Source: Tubulanus polymorphus
Lineage: Eukaryota > Animalia > Nemertea
NCBI RefSeq assembly: GCF_964204645.1
Contig: NC_134033.1
Span: 3,554,131-3,618,130 of the forward strand
Direction: 5' to 3'
Length of the DNA: 64,000 nucleotides
In this document: positions 1-12,710 of the stretch, one piece after another
How positions within the stretch are numbered: the stretch's first letter is position 1
Layout: each line of letters begins with the position of its first letter
The notes under the pieces: model-generated
Databases searched by the model: none
Seen by the model: the letters and a program-made list of their open reading frames with translations, nothing else
Told to the model about the DNA's origin: nothing
Position numbers and translations under genes: made by a program

Positions 1-1925
1 CCCCGGACATAATCCTCGTATCCAGCTGATTTCCGGTATTTCACAGGCCTTGGATCCTCCATTGATACCTCGCGTTTCTTTGATTTTGATAGAGGTAAGT
101 CACCAGCCTTGACAGGGGAACCTGTTAAGAAGTGACGGGTAAATTTAAACAAGGTCACAGCCGAGCTAAAAATTGAAAACCAAGTACATTATGTAAAACA
201 TTGCCATTACATCAGAATTTATAAAAAATAAGATATATAGGGTACGAATTTGCTGAATGGTGGCGATGTAACCAAACAACTTACCAGTATAAACAGACTT
301 GGGCTTATGGAATGTTTGTAGATTTTCCGTACACGATTTAAGTATTTCGGGAGCGTTAGGCCCATCTGATGACACAAAATTAGCAAACATCAAAAGTACA
401 GCCGCGACATGCTTACAGGTCCCATTAGGACCCTTACCGGCAGGGCACTCACAATGGCTGTTTCTGAATTCACCAGTTGTTTGAGACAATGATATCTGGT
501 ACGAGTATGAGATCTGCAATGAAATATAAAAATAAACTAATCAACAATGTTTGCTACATTACAACCTTTTAAGAATACAGTTGTATTGCAGATTTATGTG
601 GATTTAAAGGAGGGAATATTGTGTTATTTTGATGAAATATAAAACTGGCCTACCTTTTTTTTCATAGCAGCACCAACTAATCCAGTCAGATAAACAATTC
701 CGCTTTTGATGAGAATACTGCAGGCTTGAACACGTTGCGATTCTATGAGCTGCTGACCCTTCTCAATAGCTTTAATGTCTTTGGTACAGTGGTTGTCCAT
801 TGCCATTCTATACGTGAAATATGCAGTTACTGTGTCAATATTGAATTTTGGCAATACAATCTTATGATCATTTGTAAGCTGTTTGAAACCGCATGTGGGC
901 CATTCCGGAACTGTTTCTTGTGGTAATGTTATGGCCGGTCCCCTAAAATCGTTGTTACGGCCGTATGCTTCTAATCTGCAATGAACACGAAATAATCATG
1001 AAATATAAACATCTAATGTCAAAAATCATTCAATCAACTAACAGAAAGTTGACCCAGAGTTGAAATGTTACATCGAAATGATTACTCCAAGCATGGACGT
1101 CTATACGTCCATGGTCATACAGATTTGTATTTAACTCAACTGTGTTGTGGTAAGAAGGTATATAAGTAAGGTATTCAGTTTACCGTCACCTCAAGTTGAT
1201 CAGGGTTCTGACTATAATTCCAATAACATATAAAAATTCAATAGAGACTAGACACAGCAGCAGACATGTCCAATGATTTATGGATACATTGGCAGTAAAA
1301 TTTGGCATCAGCTTCAATTCATGTTCGATAGATGGCGCCAGTGGTAACTCAGCTGTTGCGATGGTTAGCTGACAAGGCGTCCTACATCCCGATAATAATC
1401 CCTACATTTCAAGATATAAACATTGCCATCTAAACTTCTCAAGGCAATCATAATATCAAATAGTGATTTAAAAAACGTTTTATCGATGACTTTTATGTGC
1501 ATTATGTTTATTTTCCGGACATGAAAACCGAAAAATAATGAAAGATATCGCGGGACGGGACGCGTGGGACCGGCCATAGCCATCCTCGCAGCCCGGGCTG
1601 GTGACGGTAAACTTGTACTATACCCTGACCCACAACCCACTGAGGTTTAGCTTTCATCTCTGGATCTATTAAAACACGTTCATTTCACTTGAGCATAGGT
1701 CTAGAATCATCGATGATTTTGGCAAAAAATCACTGTTGATTCCATGATCATTGCAACATTTTTGCGCAGACTAAACGACTGAACACCATCAACCGCATGG
1801 AAATATGATCGACATTTAAATTACCTTTCAATTAGGTTGATTTTCCTCCCATAGGTTACCGCACCTCGTCGGCTTAACTCTTGTTTCAGCTTCGGTACAG
1901 TCCATGACCCGTAATTCTCTGACAT
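1..1925 (-). CDS. SAP-domain + SWIM zinc-finger protein (transposon accessory ORF), 3' partial
   Basis: Exons 1925-1825, 975-654, 513-285, 121-<1, all GT..AG with matching phases (2,0,1). Reads MSENYGSWTVPKLKQELSRRGAVTYGRKINLIERL (SAP-like) ... HCECPAGKGPNGTCKHVAAVL (SWIM CxCx(n)CxH) ... DPRPVKYRKSAGYEDYVR. Confidence 0.85.
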
Positions 1926-2033
1926 TATTACAATTTAAAAGTAGGAAATCGAGCGCGGAAGTGAGCGGAAGTCGATACGCGATGGCTACTAACGCACACA
2001 CGCCACCTGGTGTCCATAGCGACGGCGAGCCCC
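1..2033 (-). mobile_element. ISL2EU-like (PHIS group) DNA transposon, one end only; continues beyond position 1
   Basis: On the minus strand the host LDLa coding sequence breaks at ...GAA CTT AAT|GGGGCTCGCC. The terminus is GGGG preceded by AT (2034-2035). The element carries a spliced SAP+SWIM gene of the kind found as the second (YqaJ-exonuclease) ORF of ISL2EU. The other TIR and the transposase are not in the window. Confidence 0.6.
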
Positions 2034-5000
2034 ATTAAGTTCATCTTCACCGTGTTGACAGTCGTGTCTGGTATCACATACGCGATGGTCGCTGATACAT
2101 CTTTGATCGTTACATTCAAACTGCCACGATTTACAACCGCTTCCAGAAGCTAACTCTTCACCAGTTACATTATAGTTACACAACACGGAATGCACTTTAT
2201 CTTTTGTATCATCGAAAGGTTTCAATAACCATTTAACTGATTGAGTATAAGTAATTTCATTTCTGGTCACTAGTGGTTTGATAATTTTAGATCCGTCGCG
2301 GTCCATGGTCAGTATAGCGCCATATTGATGTCGATATTGAAATACGCTGATAACCCTGTTCATATCGTTTTCTGTATTTAAGGAGATACTTACTATGTCG
2401 GCGCGAATGCTGTGACACATTTGTCTAGCACTCCGAATATTCAAACCTCGATTGTTTTTCCAGTCGGTTAGTATTTGATAACATTGTCCAAAAATAGTTA
2501 CCCAACCTCTTGGACAGGTTGAATTAATTAAAGTAACATCGGGAATCATTTGATCTATGGTTTTTTTTAAGTCTGTATTTGTTGAATTGTTCGCATCGTT
2601 TATCGTTGAATCATGTTTGATTTTGATGTCGATTCTCTCAGATTCACAAATGAATGTCGCATGCGTCTCGTCGATTTGACACGGGAATCGAACCCAGTTC
2701 GCTGATCCTCGTGGATTATTCAGTATCATCGCCGTACACGGCATATTGACGTCATTTTTTGGCTGTTTTCCTAGCGGAGATATCAATCCTCGAATAACTT
2801 CTGGTATCGTTTCATTAATAACAGGTTTATACCACTCTGTGTAGCTCATTGGTTTACCGTCAGTCCACGTGTAATAACCATCATTCTGTTTCGTGAAAAA
2901 ATGAAATATATCATTTCTTTAAAAGCCTTTCTATTTCATATTTGTAGACATTAGTCTTACCTGCCATTTCAATCCAATCATCATTATGAGCGCTTTTAAT
3001 GAGTACGCCATTTGGAGAAGTTCTGTAGCGAATAATCTTTTGATGGAAATCATTTCCTGTTCTGAGTTGATACTGAGTAGATGTCCCGCGTACTTCTGTC
3101 TACAGTATATTTCAGCGTTCTCCCAATTCAGACGTTCATCTCTGATGAATTTGATGCAGGAAATTCCGGAATTCAGAAATCCTTGTTCACAGTAGAAATC
3201 ACCGAAATCTTTAATCGGTAACGACTCGTGTAAAGTGTATTGTATTTGAAAGGTGGGGACTTTATTGTTTACTTCAAAATAAAGATGGCTATTTATCAAG
3301 CTATATAATATAAGTCCACGAACCGCGTTATTATCACATATTTTTGTTTCATGTGGGGTTTTTGTATATTCTGATATCCTTTGGATAAAAATTATTGCAT
3401 CATCCACATTTATATTTCCTGTTTGGCATGAAACTGATCCAATAGATTTCACAATAAATCTGTAATATTGAAATTTCTCAGGTATCGGGTTGAAAAATGT
3501 GTAGAGAATAGGTTTAGATGCAATACCTGCCCGACTTGGGTAGTTCGGTGACTGCACGAGTCCACATCTATCTTCGGTTGTAATTGATCGAAAGGTGCTG
3601 CTTACATCCTTAAAGTTTTCTGAATCTTTTGTGTCAGTTTCTTTCACTCCTAGACATTTACGACGTAGTTTAACTATTAGTGGTTCCCACCAGAATTCAA
3701 ACTCATCTGTGAAATCTACAGTGTTTAATACGAGACTGTTATTAAGAAACTGATTACTCAAACTCAGAAACTCATCACATGACCATGACATCTTGAGAAA
3801 ACATCGGTCAATATGATATTCGTGTTCTGATAATATGTGAATATTTTTCAAGCGAAGGCGTCGATTTTCAGGTGTAATCACGAGACAGTGTGACGTCATA
3901 TTGATCTGACGTTCTTCTTCTTGTAGAACATAACCATCACAATCAGTAGTAGTAAATATGAGGTATGGCAAGTCAGGACGACCAACTGTTAACTGATTGT
4001 TATAGTAATAAGCGTATGCTACTACAGTAACCGGTCCACCTGATGTAATCAGACTGACGACAGATCGACCGTAGTATCCAAAACCACCAGCAGGACAATA
4101 CGGACCATAGCGTCTAGCTCTGAAATTACTACCATCAAATATATAAAAACCAGCTCGATCACAGTTTTCTGATAGCACTGTTAGTTCCAAATGTTCTGAT
4201 TCATAGATGTTCACTTTCCAGTTTATTCGTACTGTAACTACACGATACAATGTATTCGATCTCGGGAACAATAGATTGGCTGATATTGACGTCACGTCCA
4301 GGCCATCCTGAAATATAAGAGAATTGATTACAGCAAGTTTTACAATACGACAAATTCAAACTCCTTACAACCTAAAATAGAAAAAGATACTCGATATTAT
4401 CGATATTATCCGATATTAGTTCGAGATGTTGCAATCCAAACTTACGTAATTCAAATTCTAAACACCCATCATAATTAGTCCGTGTAAACAACATGTGCTT
4501 TGGGTCACATTACGTTATTATTCCAAGTTTCTTAGTAAAGTTTCACTGGTCAAAATCGCCATAGAAAATATAGATTATTACAATGATTCTTTTATACGAA
4601 TATACAAATCATTGTAATAAACTTACCAACATACTGATTTTGTTGACGTAGACGTCTGATATTGTCATTGATTTCACTTCAAATTCTATTTTTAAATGCG
4701 ATCTTAAAAAATCCCATGTCGTTAAAACGCACAGAATCACGAGAAATCCGTCTGATTTTACACTCAGGGATTTAAGTTGGTTAAAACTGAGTAAAATATC
4801 AGTTCTCACAATACGTAACCCTTCCTGTTTATATACACCAGCGACACCTGGTGACGTGACGAGATCACGTGATCAGTTGAAGACGACGTACTGCAGAACA
4901 TCGACTGTGATAGACCAGGGGCCGGTTCCATAGTCATGGCTTAGACTTAAGACCAGTCTAAAACTATCTTAGTTCTATAGCCAATCTAACAATTTAAGAC

Positions 5001-6656
5001 CAGTCTTAAGATTTAAGACCACTTTCGGGCTTAAGTCTCGACTATGGAACTGGCCTCAGCAGTATAAGTGTTTAGACTGAGTTACTATATGTGGTATTCC
5101 ATCAATTGTAGTGAGCAGTCCTGATTTATTATAGACTTGAATTAACGGGTTAGAGATGTTCCAATCGGATATTTTGTTAACACGAGGAACTGAGACTGAA
5201 AAAATGGTTGTCCATTTGAAATAAATTCTAGACGTGCTTTATTAGTTTTAGTATAATACGATAAAGGTGGATGTCCGGTTTATTCTCGTATAAGAGCTAC
5301 ATGTTCACTGGTGCTGTTCCATCCATCATTTCTCGATTGTTTCAGTTCAAACCAAGCGTTAGATTCATCAAAATCATAGATTATCAAAACATTTTTTTCC
5401 ATACTAAATTGATTGACAAATCATTGTAATGAACTTACCATTATCCATGGCCTGGAGACGTCTGATATTGTCATCGATTTCACTTCAAATTCTATTTTCA
5501 TTTTTGATTTAGAAACATCCGATCTCGTTAGAACGCACAGATTCACGAGAAATCCGTCTGATTTTACACTCAGAGATTTAAGATGGTTAAAACTGAGTAA
5601 AATATCAGTTCTCACAATACGTAACCCTTCCTGTTTATATACACCAACGACACCTGGTGACGAGACGAGATCACGTGTCCAGTTGAAGACGACGTACTGC
5701 AGAACATCGACTGTGATAGACCAGCAGTATAAGTGTTTAGACTGAGTTACTATATGTGGTATTCCATCCATTGTAGTGAGCAGTCCTGATTTATTATAGA
5801 CTTGAATTAACGGGTTAGAGACGTTCCAATCTGATATTTTGTAAACTTGCACGAGTAACTGCGACTTAAACCAATTCCAGCTTTCAAATTCAATGCGGGC
5901 TTTATTAGTTTCAGTATAAAACGATGAAGATGGATGTCCGGTTTGTTCTCGTATAAGAGCTATAGGTTCACTGGTGCTGTTCCATCCGTCGTAAATTTGA
6001 GGACGAGTTTTCATCGGATCCTCACCTGGTCTTAATCTGAAATCTATCTGTATAAACGTTAAATTCATTGCAAACCCGTCTGGCATCCCGATCCATTCTA
6101 ACAACAATTTACATCGCCGGGTAGAAATCATGAATTCATAACCTGTTTGAGTTGGTAATTCTTTTACTGCACGTTTGAGACATTTACGTACGATTTTCAA
6201 GCGACTCTGTTCTTCAAAACGATATATGATATAAACCCGACTACCTCGCGCTCCATCGACGTTACTCCTAAACAACAACGAAATCAAATCGTTACTGCGG
6301 ATATCTAATTGCTTTCTTCCGGTAGCGCAGAGTTTGTTGTCAGACTCACCGACGAGAAGATAGTTTTCGTTACAGAATATCGACGGCTCGATGTCGTAGT
6401 AAACTTGAACGAGAAAATTTCCCGATGAAGAGCTGTTGACGAACCAACGACATTCAACACCGCGCACTAACGACGGATAGTTCGGTGAAACGATGTAACC
6501 GGACGTAGAATCGACGGAGTATTGAGTGTTGTTACAAGATGAACTGACTGTAACAGACGCGGCTTCCTCGACAGAGTTTGCGCGATCAGCCCGCGTTAAT
6601 ATACAGTCTCCGCAAGCGATCAGTAAAACTACGAACAACGCTTTCATTCGCTGCAT
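2034..6656 (-). CDS. CUB / C-type lectin / LDLa multidomain receptor-like protein, interrupted by the transposon at 2033
   Basis: Exons 6656-5439, 4307-2961, 2885-2034 (both introns phase 0, GTAAG..CAG). Signal peptide MKALFVVLLIACG; CUB-like SGYIVSPNYP and CGLVQSPNYP; CTL motifs LNWENAEIYC..GHLLSINSEQE..IGL..WTDGKPMSYTEW; LDLa CKSWQFECNDQRCISDHRVCDTRHDCQHGEDELN lacking its last Cys. Confidence 0.85.
4604..5328 (-). pseudogene. Decayed tandem copy of the 3' part of exon 1 (about 5416-5990), inside intron 1
   Basis: High identity to 5416-5990 including the splice donor; carries TGG>TGA near 4872, indels and a MITE insertion. Confidence 0.9.
4919..5056. mobile_element. PIF/Harbinger-type MITE (138 bp)
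   Basis: Ends GGGCCGGTTCCATAGTC..GACTATGGAACTGGCCT; 3-bp TSD CAG (4916-4918, 5057-5059), confirmed by the empty site tagacCAGcagtat in the paralogous exon near 5720. Confidence 0.85.
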
Positions 6657-7925
6657 ATTGATAATTCACGCTCCAAAAAACAAACACATTCCTTCCTATC
6701 TCCAAGTTTGCGCGATATTTCTCAAAAGAGTGGCTGCAAAGTAATGACGAATTCGGAAAAGTTGACGAATGGATTAGAATCTAATTATTTTGTTAAGAAA
6801 AATCCGCCCATCAACCTCGCGCCAGAGTCGTTTTTGTGAAACTTTCATCTGTTCTCGGTTTCGCTGTAATTACCGCGGTTTCTAAATTTAGACGTGTTCA
6901 ACATATCGTGTTTAAAATCGTGTGCAATTATTTCGCTAAAAATATATCTACTGCCGCTCCCGAACTGCGTTCAGTTTCTGATAATATCCGATAACGTTTT
7001 CACTATCTTTACTTCAAAAAATGCGAAATGTGTCCGATTTACTATAGTTAACACTTTCTGGCGTAACGGTCACATTGCGACGCGTCGCAGCATCGAAGCA
7101 TACAAAGCGTTTAGTTGATTTCAGTTTAAAACTTTCTGGTGCCGTGGTCACATTTTCCAATTAAGTTCGAAATATTCTGCGGTATCGTAAACGAATTCGC
7201 ACCTAAAACAATTCACTTTCGATTCGCTTTATGTTTACAGTAAGCTCTGAATTGAAAGTTTGCATAACCGAATCCGAACACAGTCGATTTTACACCATCA
7301 GACCTGGCCTGGTTCGATCACGCTTAGACCGAAATAAAATCGACTCATTCTGAGTGCTTAGTCAGGCCTGTAGTTAGGATGTTCAAGTTCATCGAGGAAG
7401 GTCTATCCTGATGCCGGCATTGAGAACATTTTTGGATCGATTTCAAATGATTCACTTGTTAGCGACGCCTTTTCGTCAAAATCGGCGCATACTTTCAAAA
7501 TCAGTGGATTCGAGACCAAATTGCGTGGAATGAAATAACTTTTCTTCCATTTTCATCCCTATCTCACATGTTGCGAAATAACTCCTTTTCGCTCCTTATT
7601 TTCTAATTTTCTGCTCGGCAACCACCTACTAAAACTATACGCGCCTTTTGTGTGTTTACCTATAAAAAGTCCACATTCCAGATAATCGAATCCCCCCTTC
7701 CTCCAAATACATGGAGGGGTTCGGGCCTGTTATTAGTTTCATAATGCTTAGCGTCAGCAAAATTCACCAAGTTGAGGAAGTTCTTGCCAAGCTGATACAT
7801 CATCTTCTTGTAAGTTTTCCTATCGAGAAAGAATTCGAATTTCAATCTTCATCAATGGATATTCAATTATCATTCTACTGTCTTCTACCGCCTTTGAATG
7901 TCTATCATTGTCGTATGGAGATTTG

Positions 7926-8612
7926 GCGATCAGTTTTTAAAAGTGCGCTGATATGTCTGATGTTTGTAGTTCATTTTCATTAAGAAATGTCTCAGGTGAA
8001 GCACTGAACACATGTGAAGTGTGGACGATCGGTTTTTGAAAGTGTGCTGATAAAATGTCTTATGTCTGGTTTTTTTAGTTCATTTTCAATTAAAAATGTC
8101 TCGGGTGAAGTTCTGAACACATGTGAAGTGTGGACGATCAGTTTTTGAAAGTGTGCTTATAAAATGTCTAATGTCTGATGTTTGTAGTTCATTTTCATTA
8201 AGAAATGACTCAGGTGAAGTACTGAACACATGTGAAGTGTGGACGATCAGTTTTTGAAAGTGAGCTGATAAAATGTCTTATGTCTGGTGTTTATATAGTT
8301 CATTTTCAATTAAAAATGTCTCGGGTGAAGTTCTGAACACAATGTGAAGTGTGGATGATCAGTTTTTGAAAGTGTGCTGATAAAATGTCTTATGTCTGGT
8401 GTTTATATAGTTCATTTTCAATTAAAAATGTCTCGGGTGAAGTTCTGAACACAATGTGAAGTGTGGATGATCAGTTTTTGAAAGTGTGCTGATAAAATGT
8501 CTTATGTCTGGTGTTTGTAGTTCATTTTCAATTAAAAATGTCTCAGGTGAAGTACAGAACACATTCGAAGTGAGGAAGATCAGTTTTTGAAAGTGCGCTG
8601 ATAAAATGTCTA
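7926..8612. repeat. Minisatellite, about 110-bp unit, about 6 copies
   Basis: GAAGTGTGGACGATCAGTTTTTGAAAGTGTGCTGATAAAATGTC recurs at about 110-bp spacing. Confidence 0.95.
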
Positions 8613-8659
8613 AGAAATTGCAAAATGGCGTTTTCAGGCCACCACTCACCACCACACGT

Positions 8660-10539
8660 AATTTTTTCTATATAAATGGGACATTCTTGGCATCGATAAA
8701 TAACAGAATAAAACCATCAAAAAAGAATATGAAATAAGAAATTAGTTGATGTATCACAGGAAATTTAACATAAAATAATTAGTTATTGCAGCGCAAATAC
8801 AACACGTGAATTTAAAGTATTTTTACCCGATAAATGGAATACATTGAATAATGACGATTTAAAAGCTTTCGAAGGATTCAAGATGATTAATCATGGAAAA
8901 GATGAAGATGGTCATTATGAATTAGAAATCATTGAATACATATTTAAAGTAACATTAAGAATATTTTCTCAATCAAAAAATTTTTCAAAAAAGATTGATA
9001 GGAATCAATCTTTTTTTTGTGCCTTTTTCACACTTGAAAACGAGGAGTAAAAATATTAATTATTTGGAAATTAAAAACGAGGAGTAAAAATGTTAATGAT
9101 TTGGAAATTAAAAACGAGGACAAAATTAAGAGTAAAAATGTAAATGATTTTCAAACTTAAAAAAGAGGACAAAATAAGGAGTAAAAATATGAATGATTTT
9201 CAAAATTAAAAACGCGGACAAGATGAGGCGTAAAAATATTAATGACTTTCAAAAATTAAAAACGAGGACAAAATGAGGAGTAAAAATATGAATGATTTTC
9301 AAAATTAAAAACGAGGACAAAATGAGGAGTAAAATATTAATGACTTTCAAAATTAAAAACGAGGACAAAACGAGGAGTAAAAATATTAATGACTTTCAAA
9401 ACTAAAAACGAGGAGTAATGAATTGTGATTTTTTTCTTTTATAACTAAAATTTTTGCTTAATAAATGGAAACAATTCAAACAATGACCTATCAAATTAAT
9501 AGATATAAATTAAAAAGTTTTTTTAAGATTTAATGGATCCAAACATAATATTCCTTTTAATGAGTTGGAATTTAAGAAATGTTTATATGATAAACGACAT
9601 AAAAGATTTAATATTAGAAGGTGAAATATTTAGAGTTATTGAATTAAGTGATGAGAATAATGACAAAATATTCAATACGTTATCAACTGATTCATTAGAA
9701 ATTAGTGAATTGATTAATGAAATCAAACAAGTATCTCGTTTTTAACGAAATGAGACTGATATTTTCGTAGAGATTTGAATGAACTAATTATTCAAACTCA
9801 AAATAACAAACCTTAAATCTATTATTTAAACAATTATTTAGATAGCGAAACTTATGAAGATAAAATCGATACAATGCGATTTAGAAAAAGGTATTCAATT
9901 TGATTTTGATGATGAAATTAATAAATTGAGAAATTATAATTCTGATGAAATAGTTAACTGCAGTTGTGATAGAAAATATACTTTAAACAATAAGTCACGC
10001 CATTTTGATTCAAAGTATCATAAATAATCTATTCAAATCAAATAATTATCAATTTCACTTAAATGATCTATTTTAAAGATAGTTGAACAAATAATTCATT
10101 TAAATCAAATAATTGTTAAATTAAATGTTTAATATTTAAGAAGTTTATCATAACAATTATAACTATTATCAGATCGGCAATTGTTAATGCATTAGCTTTC
10201 AACAGGTCGTGGATATCTTTTTAACCATATTGATAAAATGGTTCATTAACAGAACAAACAAGACATAATTTAGCATTAGAAAAGTATAAAAAATCATTTG
10301 ATGAAACTATGAATTTATATAATTCATTAACGCAATATGATAAATTACATGTAAATAAACCTAAATTATCGGATTATTATACACCAAGAAAGCACCCAGT
10401 CAATCGGGATTTATTAGACCGAACCGATTGACCTGGTGCAAATTGGGTCAAACACCCGACACAACACTGCGGTAACAGATAACACAGTACACGCGCGCAC
10501 TAATTATACGCCATCTACAGCCAACTTCTGGAATCTACT
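8660..10539 (+). mobile_element. Possible decayed Polinton/Maverick or viral-like terminal segment
   Basis: Very AT-rich, intronless, frameshifted short ORFs; several ATAAATG starts; a 57-aa ORF 9854-10027 ends in CSCDRKYTLNNKSRHFDSKYH; the segment ends ...GAATCTACT (AGTAGA on minus). No polymerase, integrase or capsid gene is present. Confidence 0.35.
9036..9418. repeat. A-rich minisatellite, about 50-bp unit
   Basis: AAAAACGAGGACAAAATGAGGAGTAAAAATATGAATGATTTTCAAAATT and shorter variants in tandem. Confidence 0.9.
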
Positions 10540-10726
10540 GGGATTTGGGGGATTTAAATTGGGGTGAAATTAGACCCGGAATCAAAATGAAATTGTTACC
10601 TTTACTATAGGAAACCATTCCTCTGTGTACATGCCAAGGTTCATTACCAAACAACGAATAGACTTCGCGCACACTGGCAGTTCCCATTTATAGTATAGAT
10701 ATTGCGGTGAACAGTATAAGGCCAAA

Positions 10727-10768
10727 TGTATGTATATATGTATGTATGTATGTATATATATATATGTA

Positions 10769-10799
<31 letters not shown>

Positions 10800-10887
10800 G
10801 CGTGTGCGTGTGCGTGTGCGTGCGTGCGTGCGTCATGTATGTATGAGTGTATATACATATACATATACATATATACATAAACACGCA

Positions 10888-10919
<32 letters not shown>

Positions 10920-10922
10920 CAC
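10727..10922. repeat. Compound microsatellite (TATG/TG/CGTG ... CATA/CACG/CA)
   Basis: Directly visible; the two halves are roughly reverse complements. Confidence 0.95.
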
Positions 10923-11213
10923 TGCGTTTAATTATCAAAATTCAAAATTCAATTGCGCAACTCGAGAATTCATTGTTACAGTCATTTTATCCGGGCGACG
11001 GGTTATCAATACACTACTAAAACTGACGACTTCTTTCTGTTACTCTATATGTTCAAACGCTGTATACGGTTTCCATGTAGCTCAGCAGAGATCAGTGCCA
11101 TTCATTGACACCGACGGAATACAACAGTCAACAGACAGGTTGAAACACATAATAGAAATACTCGTTATCAATTAGCTACGTAGCTAATTCTCTCAAAAAA
11201 CATCTGACATACG

Positions 11214-12494
11214 GCAAAAGGTAGAAAGTTTCTAATGTCCGATCGACAGTACCGGTAGCGCCGCTACTTAGCAATAATAAGAACTAATGTTATTGACGAT
11301 GTTTTGTTAAGTGGAAAGACGCCGAGTACCAGTATATATCCGATAGGTTCGAATCCCCAATTTCTTCGGGATGATTTGATTTTAAAATAGCGATCGTTTT
11401 AATAGATTTGGTGTACCTTATTAAACTTACCCACCGTCAACACACCTGCCGGATGTGAAACAGGGGACGTCCTATTCCAATGACGCTAAAGATTTTGTGT
11501 GAATTTTATGGTACTGTAACGGCGGTATGAATTAAATTCAGCTTAGACTGAGAGTAAAGTATTTTAAGGCAAACTCTAATGGGCTAACTGCACATCGTCG
11601 AAAGACTTCTCATCCATCGATACTTGATAAAAATGAAATAAAACATCTAGTTCCAATTATCTCATGTAAGCATAACATTTATTTTGAAAATCTCAACCAT
11701 ACATCAAAACATTTTAAAGCCTTCTATATCAAATGCAATCTTTTGCTAACATAAACAATAGACAAATGGCCATATCTCTATCATATTAATTATATCACGA
11801 ATGCTAAATATTGCGATATTAATTGAAATCGTTCAACCAACAAATGAATTTAGTTAACATAATATCATCACAAACCATTCATATCCTTGGCAAAGGACTT
11901 ATAAGCTTTTAGAATATCCAAACAGGAAAACTTTAGTCTCATTTCCATGCGAGTAGAAATACATTATCATTATCTTTGCATTATATATAACATCCATATC
12001 TGTGCATTATATATATGTTTATAATGTCATATCTCTTAATAATAATCAATCCAATAATTAGATTAATAATACTAATTTATTTATAAATTAATAATTGGTA
12101 ATTAAACTATCAACTCTGCTATAATTGAGTTACACATGAGGTAAAAAAATTATGACATAAAAACTCCTGTCAGAGTAATAGAAGTAACTGTCTAATACAT
12201 GAAATAACACATTTTATACAATGAACTGAGCTCTGAATCTGATGAAAATATTCAATCTGAGATCTTACGAATGATTAGCCCTCTACTTCTGAAAACTGAA
12301 TAGCGCGCTGTGAACTTCAACTTCAAAACAAATTTGTTGAACAGCAGTGTATCGAAAAACTGTACGTACAGTGTACCGCGAACTGAACGCGGCGTCTTCT
12401 CACTTTAGAAAATTATCGACTTGACAGATTAGTTCGATTTTCGACCGCAGCGGCGCTATACGACATTGGACAAAAGAAACTTTCTACCTTTTGC
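11214..12494. mobile_element. Non-autonomous Mutator-like (MULE) element, 1281 bp
   Basis: Perfect 20-bp TIR GCAAAAGGTAGAAAGTTTCT / AGAAACTTTCTACCTTTTGC; exact 9-bp TSD TGACATACG at 11205-11213 and 12495-12503; no ORF. Confidence 0.85.
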
Positions 12495-12710
12495 TGACAT
12501 ACGTCAACAAAACTTCCTGACTACACTTCCGCCCCTCCAGGTGGCAGCACGTTACGGCACCTATCATAAAGAACCTAACATTCATTGTGAAATTTGAAAT
12601 CACGAAAATAGAAAAAAACGCATCGCGGTGACGCGTAGTGAAAGCTATAGCGCCGCGTTAGAGAGCTGCACAAGACTTATTCATCTCTGAGTTGTCTGTC
12701 AGAAACTAAG

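Noticed and set aside
1365-1640. 91-aa minus-strand ORF
   Set aside because: Lies inside intron 1 of the SAP-SWIM gene, GTG start, no motif.
10582-11175. ORFs rich in HT/CV/YI repeats
   Set aside because: Translations of a microsatellite.
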